64,000 nt of DNA from Antedon mediterranea (lineage: Eukaryota; Animalia; Echinodermata): the NCBI RefSeq assembly GCF_964355755.1, contig NC_092679.1, positions 10,709,432 through 10,773,431 of the forward strand, read 5' to 3'. How positions within the stretch are numbered: position 1 is the stretch's first letter; each line of letters begins with the position of its first letter. A model generated the notes under the pieces. The model was not told the DNA's origin. It saw only the letters and a program-made list of their open reading frames with translations, and ran no database searches. Both the position numbers and the translations under genes were made by a program. This document shows positions 49,099 through 60,805 of the stretch, piece by piece.

Positions 49099-50277
49099 AT
49101 GTTTTCACCTATTTCAGATGTCGGTAACTGCAATGACAATATTAGTATTTTTCTGAATTCATCATCAGAAGGCCAGGGTAATTTGCAAATTTACAATATT
49201 TTTAAAATCTTAATTGCTATTCCATTCGTTTTCTTGACACTGCTTGGTAATTGTATGATTATTGTAGTTGTGTGGCGATATAAGCGGTTACAAATTCCAT
49301 CTAATTATATTTTCGTAAATCTTGCAATTGCTGATATAACAACAAGTGTGTTTGTGTTGATTATCTCTGTTCTACATGTGTCCCAGTTTGATGCAGGAAC
49401 AATTTGCAATCTACCATATTGCAGTGTGACAATGGCATGCAGTGTTTCATTGCTCAGTCTTTCAATGATAGCTTATGATCGCTATCTTGCACTTGTAAAG
49501 CCTTTAAAATACACACAGAGACTAACATCAGAACGGGTTGCTGTGTACTGTTTGATGTCGTGGCTGTATTCTTTAATTGTAGCAGTTTTACCATTAATAC
49601 ATACATGGCCAATAACTAAAGACAATGATATCTGTAACTATATGCATATTGGTTATACTATCATTATTCAGCTTGGATTAACATTTGTTCCAGCTTTTTT
49701 ATTAATGTTGTTTTCATACATAAATGTGTGGTCTGTTGCAAGACATCACTCCAGAGCTATTTCTGCAGTTCAACTTTATCTTTTTCCTGCACTTTTTAAC
49801 CATAGAAACTACCACATGTTTAAAGGTAGCAAATATTTCAGAACCCTCACACTAATACTTGGAGTTTATTTATTTACATGGGTTTTGGTTGTTATATCAG
49901 TTCTCATGGACATAATTTTATTTAGAAATGGAAGAACCTATCAATTATACAAATATACTGGAATACTTATTTTAGTTAATTGTAGTGCAAATCCATTCGT
50001 GTATGCATACCGAAACCAAGACTTCAAAGCAGCTTTTAAAAGGATTCTAACAAAAGTGTGGTGTTTGTATTCAAGAGGACGACAATCCGAATTAGAGCGA
50101 CAACCATCAAGAGCTTCTGACCAACTGAGCAGAACAAATAGCTTGTGTATGAATTTACAACACGTACAGCTTGTTAATCGAGCAAACACAACTTTAACAG
50201 TACCTGTGCCTACCGCTAATGGTAGCTTTGCATCTTCAACCACATATCTTCAAAATACACCAAAACAGAGTGTGTAA
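49099..50277 (+). CDS. Orphan rhodopsin-like (class A) GPCR, loosely adenosine/amine-receptor-like
   Basis: Seven hydrophobic segments with GN (TM1), NLAIAD (TM2), C3.25 and DRY (TM3), W (TM4), P (TM5), NPFVY (TM7) and helix-8 DFKAAF. First ATG at 49099. An acceptor ending at 49066 with an open frame leaves room for an upstream exon. Confidence 0.93.
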   Translation: MFSPISDVGNCNDNISIFLNSSSEGQGNLQIYNIFKILIAIPFVFLTLLGNCMIIVVVWRYKRLQIPSNYIFVNLAIADITTSVFVLIISVLHVSQFDAGTICNLPYCSVTMACSVSLLSLSMIAYDRYLALVKPLKYTQRLTSERVAVYCLMSWLYSLIVAVLPLIHTWPITKDNDICNYMHIGYTIIIQLGLTFVPAFLLMLFSYINVWSVARHHSRAISAVQLYLFPALFNHRNYHMFKGSKYFRTLTLILGVYLFTWVLVVISVLMDIILFRNGRTYQLYKYTGILILVNCSANPFVYAYRNQDFKAAFKRILTKVWCLYSRGRQSELERQPSRASDQLSRTNSLCMNLQHVQLVNRANTTLTVPVPTANGSFASSTTYLQNTPKQSV

Positions 50278-50489
50278 ATATTTTAACAATGTTTCTTTAA
50301 AAACATCTTTTTAATAAATTGTTTGTAAGTTTCCAATAAAGTAAAGGTGTTTTCTCCAAATGTATCTACACTATCAATCTCTACATCGACCTTTTCTACG
50401 TCTTCGACTAATCTCGAATGCAATTCTTCCATCAATTCGAAATAGTATTGATAGTAGACAATATGGAAATCAGAAGGGTAAGTCAACCA

Positions 50490-50700
50490 TTGCCTTATCG
50501 ATATTGTAAATCATAGACTGGTCTCACATGCTGAGAAATCGGAAAGCATCGGTACTCTGGTGCTGACCGTCTTCTCTAAAGCATTTGACTCTGTTGACCA
50601 TACAACTGCATTTCATCATCTTTTAAATATGGGTGTACCACCTACCATCTTGCAGTTGGTGGTTGGTTCGTCTCATTTTGACGACAACGAGTTAAATATA
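50490..50700 (+). mobile_element. LINE reverse transcriptase fragment just downstream of the GPCR stop
   Basis: [29 protein letters not shown]. Confidence 0.75.
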
Positions 50701-51002
50701 AGAAGCTGTACTAATAATAATGCAATGTAATGCAAATTATTTTAGTAATTGTCAAACAGTTAAATATTGTAAGTGGATTGTAAATAGATTAATTTAAATT
50801 TCCCTCGAAATGAACAGTCTGATTCTACTAGTTCCACTGAAAATTAAACAAAATATTGAAACGTTGAACAACATTGAAAGTGTATGTGCATTTACTAATT
50901 AAGTTTCCTGTTTTGTTTTATTAAATAGATATACAAGAATGACACCAGAAAGATTTAATCGACTTGTGTCGTTAGTACTTTGACGTGTCAGATCAAGGGC
51001 TA

Positions 51003-51175
51003 ATATGATTTCGAGGAAACTTAATAATATTTCGAGGGAACGAAATAATATTTCGAGGGAACGAAATAATATTGTAAGGAAACGAAATAATATTTCAAGG
51101 GCAACGAAATAATATTTCGAGGGAACGAAATGATTTCGAAGGAACAAAATAATATTTCGAGGTAACGAAATCATA
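51003..51175. repeat. 21-bp tandem repeat ATTTCGAGGGAACGAAATAAT, about 8 degenerate copies
   Basis: Directly visible; explains the ILFRSLE repeats in ORF 50899-51423. Confidence 0.88.
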
Positions 51176-51759
51176 TTTTTCAACTGAAAGTGATACAGGT
51201 GGTCATGAGCAAAGAAAATATATTTGATAAACAAACTAAGAAGTATTGAAGATATCTCTATTATTAAACTCCAATATCTGTAATTTGTTTCAGTTATAAT
51301 ATATAGGGATAGTTTAACAACATGATTTAAATTTCGTCGACTCTCTGTATTCAAGTTAATATCTTTATGAGCGTTTTTCAAACAAAATGATACGTCACTT
51401 AGAATCTCTTTCTCTGTCTGCATTTTTTCAGGAAAAGTGTCAGAAGTTGTAGAGATAAAGTAGAGTTAGTATGTGCATGGACCTATAAATTACATCTATT
51501 AGACCTATGTAATTTATAGGTCCATGGTATGTGCTTCTGTGCTTTCCATTTAAGATATTTGTGCCACATGTCCAAAAGCCATATAATTCACCGGGTCGAA
51601 ATAAGAATTGCTTCTTGATGTCATCTCTGTCCACCTTCACTCATCTCGGGTAAGAGTCATCACCAGGCATTATCTCGTCTTTCCCTAGTACATGAGTTTT
51701 TAGACCACAATCATGTACACTCATCAAATTAATCATTAATTCACTCTATTCAAAGCTAA

Positions 51760-53152
51760 CGTATTTTGTTAAAATTGAAAATAAATTATCGGATTCCCTT
51801 AAAAATGAAATTGGTATACAACAGGGGTAATCATTACCATCTCTTTTATTTAATATCTTTCTACAAGACTTAAGTGATAATTAAAATTATACAAACAACC
51901 TGATAAAATACAGATTAGAGATTGTGAAATTAATCACTTATTATACGCAGACGATCTCTAGGAGGTTTACAGAGACTGATTAACACCTTGGGTAAATATT
52001 GTGATGACTGGGGATTAACTGTAAATGTAGAAAAAAAATGATAGTATTTAAAAATGGGAGCAAACTAAGAAGTATTGAAAAATGGTTTTATAAAGGAAAA
52101 TCCATTGAAATTGTTGATTCGTTTTAGTATCTTGGGTTTGTATTTAGTGCAAATGGAAAGTGGAATAATACAATAGATAATAACTGTTGCCTATCAAAAA
52201 ATGCATTATATGCAATGAAATCCAGCATCAAAATTTTAGATACTTACCTTCTAATAAATGGAACCATATATTTGATTTACAAAAAACACCAATACTCACC
52301 TATGGCTCAGAAATATGGGGATTTCATAGTTTAGCGAATTGAAAAGGTACACACAGAATTTTGTAGATATGCCACAAATCTTTCAGTTCTTTCAGAAATG
52401 GGACGTTTTCCGATGAATGTAACTTTCATATTAAATACTATTCGTTTATGGTTATATATCTTAAACACTAGTAAAATAAGATTCATATAGAAATATATTC
52501 AAATTAAAAAGGTTGAGATAAACGAAGAATGTTGGGCGATGCAAGTTAAGAATTTACTTTTTCACATAGATTTTGGATATGTTTGGATGATACAGCATGT
52601 AAAAGATCATAAGTAGTATTTCATTAGAGAAATTACAGGATATTGAAAGGCAAAATCTTATCGAAGAAATTAAACTTTCTTCAAGGTTTAAATATTACAA
52701 AGAAATTAAGACTCATTTTAAATTAGAAGATTTTCATATTGATATTCAAAACTTTAAGTTTAAACAAATCATGACTAAGTTAAGATTATAAATTTTAGAT
52801 CTTTAAAACGAAAAGAGAAGATGGACAGGAATTGAAAGGTTAAAACGAATCTGTAAAGTTTTCAAATGTAATGAGGTTGAAAATGAATATCACTTTGTTT
52901 TAGTACAGTATGTCCGTACTACATCGAAATTAGACACTACTTTTTAAAACCTTATTATTTATTTAAGTTTATTTTACTAATGAAAAACAAAAAGAAAAAA
53001 GTAATCAATAACCTGGTAAGATTTGCCTTTTTCGCTTATAAAAAGAAAACTAATTATTTTGCTGTTACTACTTCTTAAATTTTGTAATATGTACTATTTT
53101 CTATTATTGTACTTGGGCCAGTGGCCTACATACTATTGAATAAATGAATGAA
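51760..53152 (+). mobile_element. 5-prime truncated LINE (RTEX/RTE-like) pseudogene
   Basis: HLLYADDL, YCDDWGLTVN, YLGFVFS, LTYGSEIWG, EMGRFP, ENEYHFVL..CP; tail GGGCCAGTGGCC...AATAAATGAATGAA. Confidence 0.85.
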
Positions 53153-53559
53153 TTATATAGACAACAACTTTAGACAGCCTTATATTTGGACAATCCTATG
53201 AGAAGTTACTATTTTAGAACATTGTGTACAAACAACAATTTATGCACATATATTAAAAAAATTATTTTAAGAATTCAAATTTTTGTGGCGGCCATTTTAA
53301 AATCCAAGATGGCCGACAGATTATCGCTTTATATAGTTAAGATTGTATAATGTGTAATACCATAAAAACGGACTAGTTCCACATTCATAATTTGTGTTAT
53401 TGGTGAAATTCTGATTTTAAATAGGGTTATCTTGGCCTAATAAAATATCTGTATTAAAACTTATGTATTATTTGTTTATTATTTCACATTGGTTGATGAC
53501 GGCAACGTTTGCTAAATGTAATTATTCTTTATTATTCAACAGGTTAATTAGGTATTGCA

Positions 53560-55100
53560 AAGGGCTATTATATATTATAAATATATAAGTCTCCAGGACT
53601 CTATATCATAGAGCTGAGCTGCTACGAAAATTGTGAAAAATAGAACTGATAGGTCTCTGGAAATGAAATCGTCTACAGGCCCAGCCCGCTATAGATGGTT
53701 AGGTGGAGTAATCAGATTCGGGATAGTAAAGGATAAATTTAGTGGCCCACCGTTGAATTCGTTCCACTTTAAATAAATTACGTTTAGAGGTTCCACTCCA
53801 GAAAGAACTACAATATTCAAGGTCACTCCTTATGAGAGCTTTATACAGGATTAACGCAACCTTTTGATGATGAACAACTCTAAAATGTATATAGAAAATG
53901 TTTGTTTTTTTTGTATCTTTTATGTTGTGTTTATTGTTTTATGTTTTTTATGTAAAAGGGTCCTGCGAAAACAGAAGTGTAAACTTCTCTATGCAGGATC
54001 CTTGCCATCATTTATGCTATGAAACTATATTTATAAAGGATGAGTAAAAACCTTAATTGGTGCAGTATAACCTATTGCACGTTTTATTATACCCATTTTC
54101 AAATTGGATTTTTTAACAAGGTTATCAATATCTTCATCCCAACACAAGTTGGATGCTACTTCTACACCAAGATCCTTAACAGTTTTAGCTCTCTCAAGAA
54201 TACAACCATTCTTGTGATAAGCATATGTAATGGGACCTTTAGAACGGATAAAGATAACATTTGGTAACCAATCGGAGCAGACACCTTCAATCACAACACG
54301 TTGTTCTCTGTTCGAGATATACGTCGCCTTAAACCAATCATGGAGATGGGGGTGAAACCAATCATGGAGATGGGGGTGAAACCAATCATGGAGATGGGGG
54401 TGAAACCAATCATGGAGATGGGGGGTGAAACCAATCATGGAGATGGGGGTGAAACCAATCATGGAGATGGGGGTGAAACCAATCATGGAGATGGGGGTGA
54501 AACCAATCATGGAGATGGGGGTGAAACCAATCATGGAGATGGGGGTGAAACCAATCATGGAGATGGGGGTGAAACCAATCATGGAGATGGGGGTGAAACC
54601 AATCATGGAGATGGGGGTGAAACCAATCATGGAGATGGGGGTGAAACCAATCATGGAGATGGGGGGTGAAACCAATCATGGAGATGGGGGTGAAACCAAT
54701 CATGGAGATGGGGGTGAAACCAATCATGGAGATGGGGGTGAAACCAATCATGGAGATGGGGGTGAAACCAATCATGGAGATGGGGGTGAAACCAATCATG
54801 GAGATGGGGGTGAAACCAATCATGGAGATGGGGGTGAAACCAATCATGGAGATGGGGGTGAAACCAATCATGGAGATGGGGGTGAAACCAATCATGGAGA
54901 TGGGGGTGAAACCAATCATGGAGATGGGGGTGAAACCAATCATGGAGATGGGGGTGAAACCAATCATGGAGATGGGGGTGAAACCAATCATGGAGATGGG
55001 GGTGAAACCAATCATGGAGATGGGGGTGAAACCCAAACGAGCGTAGTTTATGCAAAAGAAGTTTGTGAGATACACTGTCAAACGCTTTTGCAAAATAATG
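53560..55100 (-). mobile_element. CR1/L2-type LINE RT remnant containing the 24-bp minisatellite
   Basis: FAKAFDSVSHKLLLHKLRSFGF, then SNREQRVVIEGVCSDWLP, VKDLGV and LYKALIRSDLEYCS. Confidence 0.85.
54331..55033. repeat. Minisatellite (AAACCAATCATGGAGATGGGGGTG) x29
   Basis: 29 essentially identical units; units 4 and 14 have one extra G. Confidence 0.98.
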
Positions 55101-55799
55101 AATAATGTTTTTTTATAGATCGCGAACATAATTCGTACTCTGTGCGTACACAGTGCACGACGTAACGCGTCGGTGAACTTCGCCTGGAAAGTAATAGTCA
55201 GGTCGCTTTATTTATTTATTTCTTAAATTTTTGTAATATATAATGGATGTGGCTTTGATGAAATTATATATTTCTCATGTTAGTGATATTGTAAATGTCA
55301 TAAGCTATAATTTGATACTAAACTTGACATATTTATGTAATTTGTAATTGTTTTTATATTTTTACATAGCTACATAATATATTTAAAATGGGCGTGGTTA
55401 AAATGACGTCATTAAATTGTTCAGCCTCCCCACGAGGGGGCCCCTGAAGAGTAGGCCCTAATTCATTGATTATGTAGGCTTATCTGCATTATTCAGTAAC
55501 TTAATGAATAAACAAGGAACATAAATTATTTATATTAACTTACTTCTCTAATTATAATATTTTATATCTCTCTCCATGCCACAATCTGCCATTATGCTTT
55601 TCAATTTCAATATAGGCTTATATATACACTTATAATATACACTTAATATAATATAGGCCTATATAATTTTTTACCACCCACCATGTAACAGTTTTTTTCT
55701 TTTGTGGCGTTTATGACGCAACGGGCCTCTAAATTATCCAGCTAATTGTATTTTATTGTTGATGATCAGGTGGTTTAGTAATATTTTGTTTATTCTATT

Positions 55800-56172
55800 G
55801 AATGAGATATCTCTTATTAAAACTAAGATATCTCTATTAAAAACAGAAATATCTTTATTTGATAGAAAACAAAGATATCTCTATTTAAAACTAATATACT
55901 ATATATCATCAGGCAAAAGACATTAATTCTAAACCGCCCGGTGATATACTGAAATTTGATTAATTTGAAACGATAAAGATGAGGAAATCTGTGAGAATAA
56001 GAAAAGACTCGAACTCGGACCGCCTGCTTGATATGCAGATGTCCTAACCATTAGACCACTGGGGCTTTCATGGTATTGTTCAAACTCGATTAACATTAAT
56101 GTTTAATGTTTTAAATAGAGATATCTTAGTTATAAATAGAGATATCTTAGTTTTAAATAGAGATATCTTAGT
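55800..56172. mobile_element. Small element with inverted 21-bp arrays around a tRNA-derived (SINE-like) head
   Basis: AACTAAGATATCTCTATTTAA units at left, inverted at right; minus strand 56066-56006 has A box TGGTCTAATGG and B box GTTCGAGTC. Confidence 0.6.
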
Positions 56173-56859
56173 TCAGTCTTCGTCGAGATTATGCACCTTA
56201 GTATAAATCAAAGAGAGTGATGGGAAATCAGTAAATTTTAAATTTATATTTAAAAAGTAAAAACTATTGTTTGTGTGTTGTCTAAAGCCTAGTTATATAT
56301 TAGTAGGATAGGCATAATATTAATAATACTTTACTGCATATGGCTAGGCCTAGAACTGTTGTATCAATTATTATTCTTGGCATGGTGATTATCCCTCGTA
56401 AAGTTAAATAGTTTTCTTTTCACACTAGACCTAAGTAAGTAAATTATTATTGATAATTTTGTAGCCTGCATAGTGAAAACATCTAAACATTATAGACCTA
56501 TGTATTAGACCTAGCTAGGCCTATCTATGATGTCGTCATTTATTTTGTTTGAAGGGCCGGGTTATTCAATTTAATACCTAGGCCTAGCATTAAATATTGA
56601 AAGTCGTTTAAAACAAGAAGACTCACTGACACTGAATTCTGAAAAATGTTGGAATATCCTATGAACTGAATGTTAGGTTCTATAGTTAGGTAAGTTTACG
56701 CTTAATTTATAAGATTTATACTGTAGTTATGCTGTATTATTAATTACAATTTTTCATTTATAGTTACTGCAATTTGTTTATGAAATAAAGCGATATTACT
56801 TGGTTTTTCAACCAACAAATTACCGAATTTGAACAATTTCTTATTATGTGTGTAATGTT

Positions 56860-57403
56860 GTAACTTGACGTCGATACAACGTTGAAATCGTGACGTTTAA
56901 CCCAACGTTGTAATTATGTCGTTGTTCGACGTCGATTCACCTTTTAAATCCAATTTCATTTCAACATTGTATCGTCGTCGTGACTGGACGTCGAAGTAAC
57001 GTTATATCCGACGTTGACACAACGTCAAACAGACAACGTTGACAACTAAAATCCGACATGTTATCGACTGGACGTCGATTTAACGTTGATATTTGACATT
57101 AAAAACTGACGTCGATTCACCTTTCAAATCCAACTACAAAGTTATATCGACGTTGACGTAACGTTTATATCTGACGCTGACACAACGTCAGAAAGATGAC
57201 GTCGATCCACCTTTCATATCCAACTACAATTCAACGTTGTATAGACGTCGTAATTGTAACGTGTAAATGTAACGTTGATATCCGACGTTGATACAACGTT
57301 GGCATAATGACGTCGATCCACCTTTCATATCCAGCGTCTTTTCAACGGCGTGTCGACGTCAGGGTGCGACGTCATCCAACGTCAATCCAACTGGTTGTCA
57401 GGG
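56860..57403. mobile_element. CpG-rich GACGTC/AACGTT repeat array ending in TGGTTGTCAGGG; EnSpm/CACTA (CCC-type)-like end
   Basis: Recurrent GACGTCGATCCACCTTTCATATCCAAC units; only one terminus seen. Confidence 0.55.
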
Positions 57404-57640
57404 TTTGCATTAATTACATGTAAATACCTTGAATTTAATATCCATTAATAACTATGTAATGGTAGGTGTGCAAGTCAGATCCTGCATTAAGAGAGTGTGC
57501 ATGAGACCAATTATAAAATTAATTTATTGATCAAAAATATGTTGTGCTTCTTTAAATACTAGCTTGCCACCGGCTGACGCCGTTTTTGTCCGAGGGTCAT
57601 GCTAACTAGAGGCTCGAGGTTGATGATGATGTTGAGAGGC

Positions 57641-59883
57641 GGGTGTCACGAAACCTAAGATCACGAAAACTAAGACCCACTAAGACCTAAGATCACGAAA
57701 CCTAAGATTAGATTGCCAATAGTTCCCTTTCGCAGCTGCCTTGTATTTTAACTGTAAATGTGTTTATCCTGAATCGAATACCACTACTTTTTATAATAAT
57801 AATAATTACTACTTTTATGAAGAAGAATCAATAAATAACAAATAATAAATAACATTTTACAGACATTTTTTCATGCGAATTTCGCATACTCCAATATGTT
57901 TAATATTTTCTTTTCTATGGAACGCCAAAAGAGCAACATTAATAGAGGGCTAAAAACTATGTGGACTCCATCTATTTAACGGATATTTGTTGGAGAAAAT
58001 CATGTTCAATTTCAATATATTTTGTCACTGTTAATACAAATAACAAGTTACTGTCGCCCTTGATGCTGATTTTAAGATTCTTTGAAAACAGAAAAGTATT
58101 AGCAGTAACAGATTACCGCATTTTTATTGACAAAATATATTGAAATTAAACGTGCATTTTACCAATAAATACATTAAAAGTAGACGCATTCCACCCTCTA
58201 TTACTGTTGCTCTTTTGGCGCTCCATAGAAACGAAGTTATTGAACATTGGGTATGCGAAATTTGTGAATAGTGTGCGAGAAACGCATCTGTAAAATCACC
58301 AATGTTTATTTATAAATAATACCCAAGTATTTATTTGTTCCTTTTTATGTGAATCTCCTTCATAAAAGTATGAGGCCTAATTCTTTTTTTTTTCTTTTAT
58401 AGGCTCGTCCCACTTTTATTCCAGTTTGCATTCGTTTACAAGTTTGTTTGTTGTTCCCTAAATTACATTAACCCTCTTTGGGAAGTCTTGCTGTACTGTA
58501 ACCTCATTTGGAAGACACTGAACCAGAACGGTTGAATAGTTTTACATACAATTAATAAGTGTTTTTTTATTTTCTATATGATTCTTACACTTATTAAATT
58601 TGTCTGTTGTGGATAATTTCCATCTTTTTAGTCTTTTTTTACATATAAGGATTCGATGTAACAACTTAAAATTAAATTGAGCTACTTTTACCATGTGTTT
58701 CATTCTACATACCTTTCTATTCCATATTTCATTTCAGTCAATAATTTCATCTCTAAATTCTACTTCCCATTTCATTTGAGGATTTGGAATAATACATATC
58801 ATTTATAAACTGCTTTAATAGTAAGACGATCTTATCCTATTACGAAATATATTATATTCTCTTAATTGTACATCTATGTGTGCATTTTCCAACTTTATTT
58901 GTTCTTTCCATATCTCAGGTATTGCATTTATTGTTGCAAAGTACTCAATTAATCTATTTTGTTTATTCGACAGAGTTGGAATAATTTCAGCTGCCGTCAA
59001 TAACCTGTTATTAACGACTATATCGTTTACTGTTTTGTATCCAGAGTTTAACCAGGTGTTAAAATATAGAGATTTTCACTCAATTGATGTTATAAATTTG
59101 TTTTCCCATAAGTGTTGTGACTTAATTTCTTGTAAATTTTGCGGCTCTAAATAATATAAAATATAATAATAAACAATGTTTAACTTTAAAGCTGCTTTCA
59201 ACATATTCATATAAAATACTGGCATATTTTTTAATTTAGTATGCGCTTCAGTATTTATTTTACTACAATTCACAGTATAATCAACTGGATGCATATAGTA
59301 GTTTGGAATACATTTCCAAATACCTGGGTTAGTCCACTAAGATATTAAAATTCACCATATTTATACAACCTTTATCTACTGTGTTTATTAGAGTTTTTCT
59401 TTTAATTTTTTCCCTTTTCCCCACAAAAATCACAATATATCAACTTTTGGAAAGATATATGATGGTACATCTATTATACAAGCATTGTATATTAATTTGG
59501 AAATGGCAAGAGATTGCCAAAAAACGTAAGGTTTCGTTTTTCCCATAGTTTTAGCGTATTGCCTAATTTTAAAACTGTATCATCCCAATTTCTTCAGACC
59601 CAATTGTTTGTTGTGAAACAAAGGTATATATTTACTCAACGGGTGAAAATATTGTGAGTTTATTTTTGTTTGTTTTTGTAATAAATATTTAATTCAATTT
59701 ATGGTACTAAAGCATTAATAAATGAAACGTACTATGGTTAAAATGATGTATAGGTCAACAATTATTGTTTTTAAGCTGTCGTATTATCTTAGAATTTGTA
59801 ATATAAGTTATGGGGTCTTAACGTTTCGTGATCTTAGGTCTTAGGGGGTCTTAGGTTTCGTGATCTTAGGTTTCGTGACATCC
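57641..59883. mobile_element. MULE-like foldback element containing an L1/Tx1 fragment
   Basis: GGGTGTCACGAAACCTAAGA ... TCTTAGGTTTCGTGACATCC; inner inverted arms about 57850-57950 and 58190-58297; no TSD. Confidence 0.78.
58400..59600 (-). mobile_element. L1/Tx1-type ORF2 C-terminal remnant
   Basis: MPVFYMNML, EIKSQHLWENKFI, INAIPEIWK, FNFKLLHRIL; A-rich tail near 58385. Confidence 0.75.
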
Positions 59884-60373
59884 CTCCATATTAATCTTGC
59901 TCCTCAATCTATCTCTCAATTACTTGCTAAGATCTCATTTAATGGGCGCATGGCCACACGGCAGATCACTAACGGTGATCTCCCTATATCCAGACCTTAT
60001 TTGGAACTTTTCAAACAGTCTTTTAGCTTCAATGCTCCAACTTTTTAAAATTCTCTTCCTTTAGATATCCGACTTGCCTCATCTTACTCTTCCTTCTAAT
60101 TTCTGCTCAAGAACCATCTTCTTGTTTAGTTGATTCCTTTTTCCTATCTTTTCTTCTGTGATGGCCAATTTAATTTAATTTTATTCATTTAATTTCTTAT
60201 TCTAAATTGTTTGTGCTTTATTTATTTGTTTTATAAATTATATTTATTTTAATTTAATTTTTATTGTTACATGCCTATGTCTCGTCATGGTGTATTTTTG
60301 TGAGGGTCCCTAATGATCAGCTTCAGATGGACCACCTTCGTAAAATATTGTTGAAAAAAAATTAATAAATAAA
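59884..60373 (+). mobile_element. LINE (L2/Crack group) 3-prime end
   Basis: LAPQSISQL...FKQSFSFNAPTF*NSLPLDIR...LKNHLL and an AATAAATAAA tail. Confidence 0.75.
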
Positions 60374-60805
60374 ATCCTTCATATCTTTTTATTTAAATGC
60401 AAAAATATTTAAACATAACTAAGTAATGTGTCCCACCATACAACATGACAATTTGACTCAGCATTACTATGATTGAAGTTACTTGCATTATACAGTACTT
60501 GCTTAAACATTATTATAGTATTGTAACTATTTCTTTTTTGTTTATTATTATAGGTGTTTTATTTTTGTATTGTTTTTTTTATTACAGATGTTTGATAATC
60601 TGCCCATATATGCTGCTGGAATGAATAAGTACATCATTTCAACATAATAACTTCGATTATATCACCATCGAACAAAATATGCTAGACCTAGGGCCTAGCC
60701 TCAAAGAATATAATAATTATGGTGTATTTTATTCATCTTTGCTAATTTTAAAATTGTAGTTTAATCAAACTTTTTAAACAATGTGAAAATTAATATAATT
60801 CCGTA

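Noticed and set aside
49941-50243. Antisense ORF over the GPCR
   Set aside because: It is a shadow frame of the GPCR coding sequence.
49099-50277. Naming the GPCR as an adenosine, histamine or octopamine receptor
   Set aside because: Asp3.32, Asn6.55 and His7.43 are missing, so no gene symbol is justified.
50899-51423. 174-aa membrane protein
   Set aside because: It is a chimera of decayed LINE-like sequence and the 21-bp repeat.
54031-55129. Repeat-protein genes from the long ORFs on both strands
   Set aside because: They arise from a stop-free 24-bp minisatellite within a dead LINE.
56006-56066. Functional tRNA gene
   Set aside because: A and B boxes are present but there is no matching 3-prime acceptor strand; it is better explained as a SINE-like head.
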